Shown here: positions 58,261 through 64,000 of the stretch, piece after piece
Layout: every line of letters starts with the position of its first letter
How positions within the stretch are numbered: position 1 is the stretch's first letter
From: Hadesarchaea archaeon
Lineage (GTDB): Archaea; Hadarchaeota; Hadarchaeia; Hadarchaeales; Hadarchaeaceae
Direction of reading: 5' to 3'
Length of the DNA: 64,000 bases
Assembly (NCBI GenBank): GCA_029259175.1
Contig: JAPDJH010000005.1
Span: 57,913 to 121,912, forward strand
The notes under the pieces: model-generated
The model's database searches: none
Seen by the model: the letters and a program-made list of their open reading frames with translations, nothing else
Told to the model about the DNA's origin: nothing
Position numbers and translations under genes: made by a program

Positions 58261-61200
58261 TCTCCTTGTGCTGGCTTGAGTAGTTTCTTCGCCCTACTTC
58301 TCTTCACTTTTGCTGGTTTTGTTTTTTCCTTCTTTCTCAGTTCCTCCACAGCTGGGGCGAGCAGATCTTTATAGGTTTGGATCACTGGTGGGAGCTCCTC
58401 TGATTTGCGTTTTCGGACCACTGGCCGTTTGAGCTCTACCTTGGCAGGCCGTCCTCTCCACCACCTTATGAATCTCACGGAACCGAAGATGCCTAGCGGC
58501 GCGATGAAGATAAGTGCGAGCAGGTATACTGGGAACGCTGGTGAAGGAGGCAGAACGGTCTCCGACTCGACCCCGCTGCCGAAGAATCCGAGGGCTGGAG
58601 CACTGACGGAGAAGTAAATATAGTTGGCATCTCTGTCAGTAAACGTGGCGGGGAGCGCTTCCCACTCTCCCTCTTCCCGCCAATAATAGACGTGGATGAG
58701 GTGTTCTTTGCCGGGGTCGGCCAGCCAGCTGGGCAACCTCACTTGCAGGGTAAGGTCTTGGATCAAGGCCGGATCTAGATTGGTGAGAAGCTGGAAGTAC
58801 TGGTAGGGGCGCACGGGGATCGGAGGCATATTCTCTGGTAGATTTTCAATAGTTTCGATCCGCATCCACCCCCCGGGCACGTTTTCGGAGGGCACGAAAG
58901 AGACGGCAACGAGATCGGTTCCTAGTTCGGAGAAGTCGAGCTCTACGTTTTCTCCAGCGGGGGCGGTCGGGATTTCCACGGTCCCGACTCGGGCCCGGAG
59001 TTCTATCTCATCCATGGCGGTCGAGACGTTCCCCGCGCGATCCCTCACCCGAGCATAGACGTGCTTCAATCCTTCTGGTAGTGAAAGGGTGTAGGTGCGC
59101 TGGACGTCGAAGGGCTCCCATTCGGTCCACTGGACGAGATCCTCGCTGAATTGCATCTCAGCTATTTCTGAAAGTTCGTCGACGGCGGCGAGGGACAGAG
59201 TCACTTCGCGGGAGAGGGTAAAGGGTGAGTTCTCGTTGATCGTGAAGTTTAGAATTCGGGGTGGCGTGGTGTCGATTCCGCAGCGGGTGTCGGCGGTTTC
59301 GGGTGGGGCCTCGGTGTTGTTGCCGTCGTCCGTGGCGATCGAGTAGAACTCGTAGTGCCCGTCGTTTTCGGGGGCGATGAAGGACCAGCTCCAGGGAGCT
59401 TCGGTGTCGGTCGCGAAACTCTTCCACTCGCTCCAGGGGTCGTTCTCATTCGCGCGGTAGCGGTAGTAGAGGGCAACGCTGGTGACCGTTCCGTCCGCGT
59501 CGCTGGCCTGCGCAGTGATGACCACGGGAAGCTGCGAGTGCCAATAAGGCTCGATGTTTTCAACGAAGGACACGGGCGGAACCGGTGCTGGCCCGGGAGC
59601 GGAGCCGCCGGCCGCTTCTTGAATAGTCACTGTGTGAGCATAGATTTTCTCATTCCCCGCCGCGTCTCTGGCCTTGATTTGAATGGTGTGGTCGCCGGTT
59701 GAGAGAGCTCCTGTGTTAAAGCTGAAGCTCACCTCCGGAGCCGGAAGGGCAGGACTAATGTCGACGATGGGCTCCCACGCACCACCATCCACACTGTAGC
59801 GTAACCACGTGATATCGGTTCCCGTCCCGTTGACCTTTCCGCTGTAGTCCAAGGAGGTCTCGGTTGTTGGTGAGGAGGGGACACTCATGTCGAAGAACTG
59901 GGGAGGATCGGTGTCGATCTGGAACTTCCAAACCTCGGACCACCGGAGCTGATTTCCGGAGCGATATCCTCCCACACGCCAGTACCACACCTCGTCCTCG
60001 AGCGTGGCGGTGTAGGAGTTCTCCCGGATGTTGTCGTTGTCGATGGTGGGGGAGGAGAAGTCTGGGTCGTTGTCCACTTGGAGCCAGAAGTTGTCTACTG
60101 GGCACAGGTTGTCCCAGCGAAGCGTGACGGTTGGCTCATTGGTGATGGTGTTGTTGTCGGGAGAGAACAGGATTGGGGCTACGCTGAGGGTGCTTGATTG
60201 CCAGCTCTCAGCGACGCGCCAGAGCGGAGCGGTTTTGCCCGATCCTGCCCACTCAGCGACAGTTCTCCACACCCCTTTTGTTGCTCGTAGTGCAGAGTCC
60301 CATCTTTCCACCCAGCCCCACCGTGAAACCGAGGAGAGGAGAAGCGCCTTCCACTCCTCGACGACGCTCCACACCCCCGGCGCTTCTGCTTCTCCACTCC
60401 ACTCTTCAACAGCTTTCCATTCAGCCGTTATGGGATTTGTTTTGGCTGACCAACTTTCGATGAGTGTCCACTGGGCCATCTTTACCCCGATTTCTCCAGT
60501 CCAGCATTCAGCGGCCCTCCACTTCCCAGCACTGGAATGAAGAGCACCGGTCCAAGATTCAACATTCTTCCACTCTGCCGGGGTCTTCATTGTCCCCGTC
60601 CACTGCTCAGCGCTTGTCCACAGGATTGTTTTTGGTTTCACCCCTCCTTGCCAGGATTCGGTGGCTTTCCATCCAGCCGTTTCCGAGCGCACGGTTGTAG
60701 TCCAAGACTCGTGCGCGCACCACTCGGCAAGCGTTTCAAGCGCTCCGCTCCACCCTTCCGCGAGTTCCCAAGCCACCTCTTTGCTCCTTGGATTAGCAGT
60801 CCATCCTTCAGCTGCATTCCACTGAGTTGTTTTCGATATGGTTCCGCTTACCCATGACTCGACACTGAGCCACGCGGCTGTTCGCTTGATCTCGGCCGTC
60901 CACAGCTCAACCGAGACCCAAACTCCGCGTCCTTGGATCGAGCAGCTCCACTGTTCGAGCTCCCGCCACGTCGCGATGATGATCACCCACGTGTTCTCCG
61001 ACCAGTTCTCAACCCCTCCCGTGCCAAGCGCTGCGACACGCCACCAATACACGCCGGGGGGCAGAGCGTTTTCGATCTCTATGAGGTTTTCGTTGGCCGG
61101 GATGTTCGCGTTGTCGTAGAGATTGTCTCCGTCCGCGAAGTTCGGATCGTTATCGATGACGAGTCGATATCCGGACTCTCCGGTCACATCGGTCCAGCGG

Positions 61201-64000
61201 AAAGCGGGCGTAGGGTCGGCCGTGTAGGTGAGGTTTTCGGGGCTCAGGAGTTGCGGCTTGCCGGGTGTGACGGGAGGTGGAGTGTATGTGATCTCCACCC
61301 AGTAGAGCACGGGGGTGAGCGTGTTGTCTTCGCTTGCGAAATCCACCCGGTACTGGATGTAGCGGTTGTCCCCCAGGCCGATTGTGCTCCCGCTGGGGTC
61401 GGTGTAGGGTCCCTCCCAATCGGTCCAGGTGGTTCCGTCGGCGCTTGCTCGCGCATAGATTTCGATCGAGGTGGAGTAGACGTTCTCCTCCATCACCACG
61501 CACGCGTCGATGTGGGCGACCGTCTGGGTCGAATCAGTGTTGTCCCATGCTTCCAGCTTCACGTAGAGGTTGTCCCCGTCTAAGTAGCTCGGGTAGACCG
61601 TGTTCTCGATCCACCCAGTATTCGCCTCGCCCACGGGGAGGTTGTCGATGAACAGCCACCGCGAGTTCGCGTTGTCCCACACCCATATCCCGATGTTCTC
61701 CGAGTCTCCGTCGGAGTATCCGTAGATTCTGAGCTTGAGGCTCTCCCAGTCGGTGGTGATGTTCTCCACCGTGTACTGCCAGCGCAGGCCGTAGTTCTCG
61801 GGCGTGTGGTTTTCGTAGAAAATCAGGAAGTCCTCCTGCAGGCGGTGGGCGGTGCTCTGGACCGAGGTCCGCAGGCGCACGCGCACGTTGTCCCCCCCGC
61901 CCCCGAGATTGCTCAGGTAGTTGTCCGGGTCGAGAGTTATCGTGTTCTCCCACGTCACCTCGGTGCTCCCCACCGAGCCGGAGTTCAGGAGCACCCACTG
62001 GTCCGAGCTGAAGTCGTAGATTTCGAGCTGGTACTCGGCGGTGTTTTCGGACGCGAAGCTCACGTGCACCGTGAGGTTGTCCAGGGTCCCTTGGTAGGTG
62101 ATCGGTTCTGACTCGTGCACGACCTCCAGGATGTACCCGGTCGAGGTGTAGTTCTCCTGAAAGAGGAGGTAGTCGATCTGCACCCGGTGGTCCGAACTCT
62201 CCCCGGTGGTGTAGAGGCGCACTCGGATGTTCTCCCGCCCCGGAGTGTCCGAGATGAAGTTCTCGATGTTCTCGCCGAAAGTCCCGTCGTAGATGACATT
62301 CTCCCACGTCACCTCGGTCGTCCCCACCTCTCCCGAGTCCAGCGTCCGCCACTCCTGGGCATCCCAGTTCCAGATCTGCCACGTGTAGGTCACGGTGGCG
62401 GTCGACTTGAAGTTGATGACCAAGCGCAGGTTGTCGATGTCGGCCTCGGGCGTGCTCACCTGGCTCGAATCGAAGCGGAGGTCGAGGGAATAACTCAACG
62501 TAGCGGCTTCAGAGCGTTTGAAGGCGAGATCAGCGAACCCCGTTGAAAGTGAATTCACATTGGTACTGAAATTGTCGACGTCCAGCGTGAACCCGCTTCC
62601 GTCCCATCGAATCGAACCCACTCTGGCAGGCGTACTCCCTCCGTCGGTAGTGTTGATGCTCACCCCCAAGATCTCGTCCGGGTCGTTCGGATTCTGGCGT
62701 AGGGTTATCCAGTGGTAGTCGTCCGTCGTGCCCAGTCCGGTGTCCGTCCCCCAGCCGGAGGAGGGGGTCCACACGTTGTAGGTGGGTTCGCTGGCGTCGT
62801 CGCCGTCAAACAGGATGATGCACTTGCTCTCTCCTGCTTCCCATGCGATGTCGAAAACCTGGTGGGTGTAGGTCAGAGCTGCTCCTTCGTGTTCGTGCTC
62901 TCCCACAAAGGTATCTGAACTTCCGTCCCAGACCACCGAGTACAAATCTCCCCCGTCATCAAGCATGGTTACCATGATGTTGTCCGAGTGGGGGTCTCCC
63001 TTGGCGACCACAAAGCGAATGTCACCGCCGTCGACCGTGGAATCGTAGGTTACCTCGGGGCCCCACGAGCTGCCGTCCCACTTTCTGGCCTTGAGCACGC
63101 CTGCTGTGGGGGTGGCCCAGAAGAAAACGGCCTCTCCCGATTGGTGCTCGTAGGCCACGGCGACCGGTTGTTGCCCGTCTCCGACATAATTTCCATCAGA
63201 GGAGAGCACGAGCTCATTTCCCCAGCTCGACCCGTCCCAAATAAGGGCGGTAACATTATCCGCTTCATCTATGGTTATCATCGCGATCTCGTCTGAATCG
63301 GGTTTGCTTGCGAGCTTGACCACCACCACATCGTCCGTGTTAGCGGTCAGGTCGATTCCCTGAGGAGCGCTCCACTGGTTTCCGTCCCATACACTGTACA
63401 TCAGCTCGTAGGTTCCGGCTCCACCGAACTGGTCTGTGGACCAGACCAAGAGAGCATCACCGCTGACATTTTCGTATGCGAGGTCGAAGCTACGGTCGTC
63501 ATCCACTACCGAGCCCCCGCTCCCGAGTTCGTGATTTTCAATCCAAGAGTTTCCATCCCACACGTAGACATCTAGATATCCGTCCTCTCCCAGTGTGACA
63601 ATTATCCGTTCGTTGGCCCTAGTGGATACCGGACAGTATTCGACCCTCGTCCACTGAATGTAAGCGCCGGTGTCCGCGAGTTCGTTTTCGGTTCCCCAAG
63701 CAGCCCCATCCCAGTCACGGAACTTCGGATAATTCTCGTTGGAGACATCCGAGCGGTATCCGACCGTTCCCTCAGGCGCGCTCCCAGCCGCCCCAGTCTG
63801 TTCTGCATCCACTTCATAGTAGTTGGTATCGTCATCAACATCCATGGAGTCCGTCGAGGTTCCGCTGACCTCAGTCCCGTTCTCCACCAGCGTGTAGTTT
63901 TCGTAATCGGTCTCGCTCTGGTAGAGAACAGCGCTTTCAGCGTCGACCTGGTAGTTCTCACCGTCGTCGGCGTCGAGGTTGTCGGTCGAGTTCAGAGCCG
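58257..64000 (-). CDS. Giant multidomain cell-surface protein (N-terminus beyond the window)
   Basis: Frame stays open from 63887 to the edge; acidic beta-rich repeats (WDG..W), Ig/FnIII-like modules (DTDPP, DAAGN, DRAGN), PGF-pre-PGF-like domain, C-terminal TM and basic tail. Confidence 0.88.
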   Translation of the reverse strand, partial: ALNSTDNLDADDGENYQVDAESAVLYQSETDYENYTLVENGTEVSGTSTDSMDVDDDTNYYEVDAEQTGAAGSAPEGTVGYRSDVSNENYPKFRDWDGAAWGTENELADTGAYIQWTRVEYCPVSTRANERIIVTLGEDGYLDVYVWDGNSWIENHELGSGGSVVDDDRSFDLAYENVSGDALLVWSTDQFGGAGTYELMYSVWDGNQWSAPQGIDLTANTDDVVVVKLASKPDSDEIAMITIDEADNVTALIWDGSSWGNELVLSSDGNYVGDGQQPVAVAYEHQSGEAVFFWATPTAGVLKARKWDGSSWGPEVTYDSTVDGGDIRFVVAKGDPHSDNIMVTMLDDGGDLYSVVWDGSSDTFVGEHEHEGAALTYTHQVFDIAWEAGESKCIILFDGDDASEPTYNVWTPSSGWGTDTGLGTTDDYHWITLRQNPNDPDEILGVSINTTDGGSTPARVGSIRWDGSGFTLDVDNFSTNVNSLSTGFADLAFKRSEAATLSYSLDLRFDSSQVSTPEADIDNLRLVINFKSTATVTYTWQIWNWDAQEWRTLDSGEVGTTEVTWENVIYDGTFGENIENFISDTPGRENIRVRLYTTGESSDHRVQIDYLLFQENYTSTGYILEVVHESEPITYQGTLDNLTVHVSFASENTAEYQLEIYDFSSDQWVLLNSGSVGSTEVTWENTITLDPDNYLSNLGGGGDNVRVRLRTSVQSTAHRLQEDFLIFYENHTPENYGLRWQYTVENITTDWESLKLRIYGYSDGDSENIGIWVWDNANSRWLFIDNLPVGEANTGWIENTVYPSYLDGDNLYVKLEAWDNTDSTQTVAHIDACVVMEENVYSTSIEIYARASADGTTWTDWEGPYTDPSGSTIGLGDNRYIQYRVDFASEDNTLTPVLYWVEITYTPPPVTPGKPQLLSPENLTYTADPTPAFRWTDVTGESGYRLVIDNDPNFADGDNLYDNANIPANENLIEIENALPPGVYWWRVAALGTGGVENWSENTWVIIIATWRELEQWSCSIQGRGVWVSVELWTAEIKRTAAWLSVESWVSGTISKTTQWNAAEGWTANPRSKEVAWELAEGWSGALETLAEWCAHESWTTTVRSETAGWKATESWQGGVKPKTILWTSAEQWTGTMKTPAEWKNVESWTGALHSSAGKWRAAECWTGEIGVKMAQWTLIESWSAKTNPITAEWKAVEEWSGEAEAPGVWSVVEEWKALLLSSVSRWGWVERWDSALRATKGVWRTVAEWAGSGKTAPLWRVAESWQSSTLSVAPILFSPDNNTITNEPTVTLRWDNLCPVDNFWLQVDNDPDFSSPTIDNDNIRENSYTATLEDEVWYWRVGGYRSGNQLRWSEVWKFQIDTDPPQFFDMSVPSSPTTETSLDYSGKVNGTGTDITWLRYSVDGGAWEPIVDISPALPAPEVSFSFNTGALSTGDHTIQIKARDAAGNEKIYAHTVTIQEAAGGSAPGPAPVPPVSFVENIEPYWHSQLPVVITAQASDADGTVTSVALYYRYRANENDPWSEWKSFATDTEAPWSWSFIAPENDGHYEFYSIATDDGNNTEAPPETADTRCGIDTTPPRILNFTINENSPFTLSREVTLSLAAVDELSEIAEMQFSEDLVQWTEWEPFDVQRTYTLSLPEGLKHVYARVRDRAGNVSTAMDEIELRARVGTVEIPTAPAGENVELDFSELGTDLVAVSFVPSENVPGGWMRIETIENLPENMPPIPVRPYQYFQLLTNLDPALIQDLTLQVRLPSWLADPGKEHLIHVYYWREEGEWEALPATFTDRDANYIYFSVSAPALGFFGSGVESETVLPPSPAFPVYLLALIFIAPLGIFGSVRFIRWWRGRPAKVELKRPVVRKRKSEELPPVIQTYKDLLAPAVEELRKKEKTKPAKVKRSRAKKLLKPAQGD

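Noticed and set aside
61534-62382. 282-aa alternate-frame ORF and a possible DGR TR/VR pair
   Set aside because: The ORF arises from GC3 bias. The repeat differences are not adenine-specific and no reverse transcriptase is present.
1-64000. CRISPR arrays, rRNA, inteins, intact transposases or integrases
   Set aside because: None seen; aIF5B, AtpA, MCM, Cdc6 and DP2 all have intein-free lengths.

Overview
Archaeal chromosomal core region. Gene content suggests a Euryarchaeota-type lineage, possibly Hadarchaeota/MSBL1-like (inference only). Left part: translation cluster (aIF2-gamma partial, S6e, aIF5B, ndk, L24e, S28e, L7Ae), arcTGT, SAM synthetase, the HMG-CoA synthase/thiolase/DUF35 cluster, TrmI, divergent SecF/SecD, and an A1Ao ATP synthase split into two divergent arms. 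Middle: TrpRS-EndA, a radical SAM/SPASM enzyme, tRNA-Pro, a Cdc6 paralog, CBS plus two CPA2 antiporters, glycine cleavage genes, a toxin-antitoxin islet by tRNA-Ser, a replication super-operon (mcm-gins-cdc6-DP1-HAD-DP2) and ACT-hom-thrC-glyA. A giant surface protein runs off the right edge. The most striking region is 53.3-58.3 kb. Two inverted ORB boxes and an AT-rich stretch mark a probable replication origin. A LAGLIDADG gene lacking its catalytic acid lies inside it. It is flanked by a catalytically degenerate primase (AEP) homolog, a wHTH + ParA/MinD operon, an unassigned ~255-nt structured RNA with two micro-ORFs, and a ~290-bp inverted-repeat element. Several RNAs and small ORFs absent from the ORF track were found by eye. 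All assignments are from motif recognition; no database searches were run.
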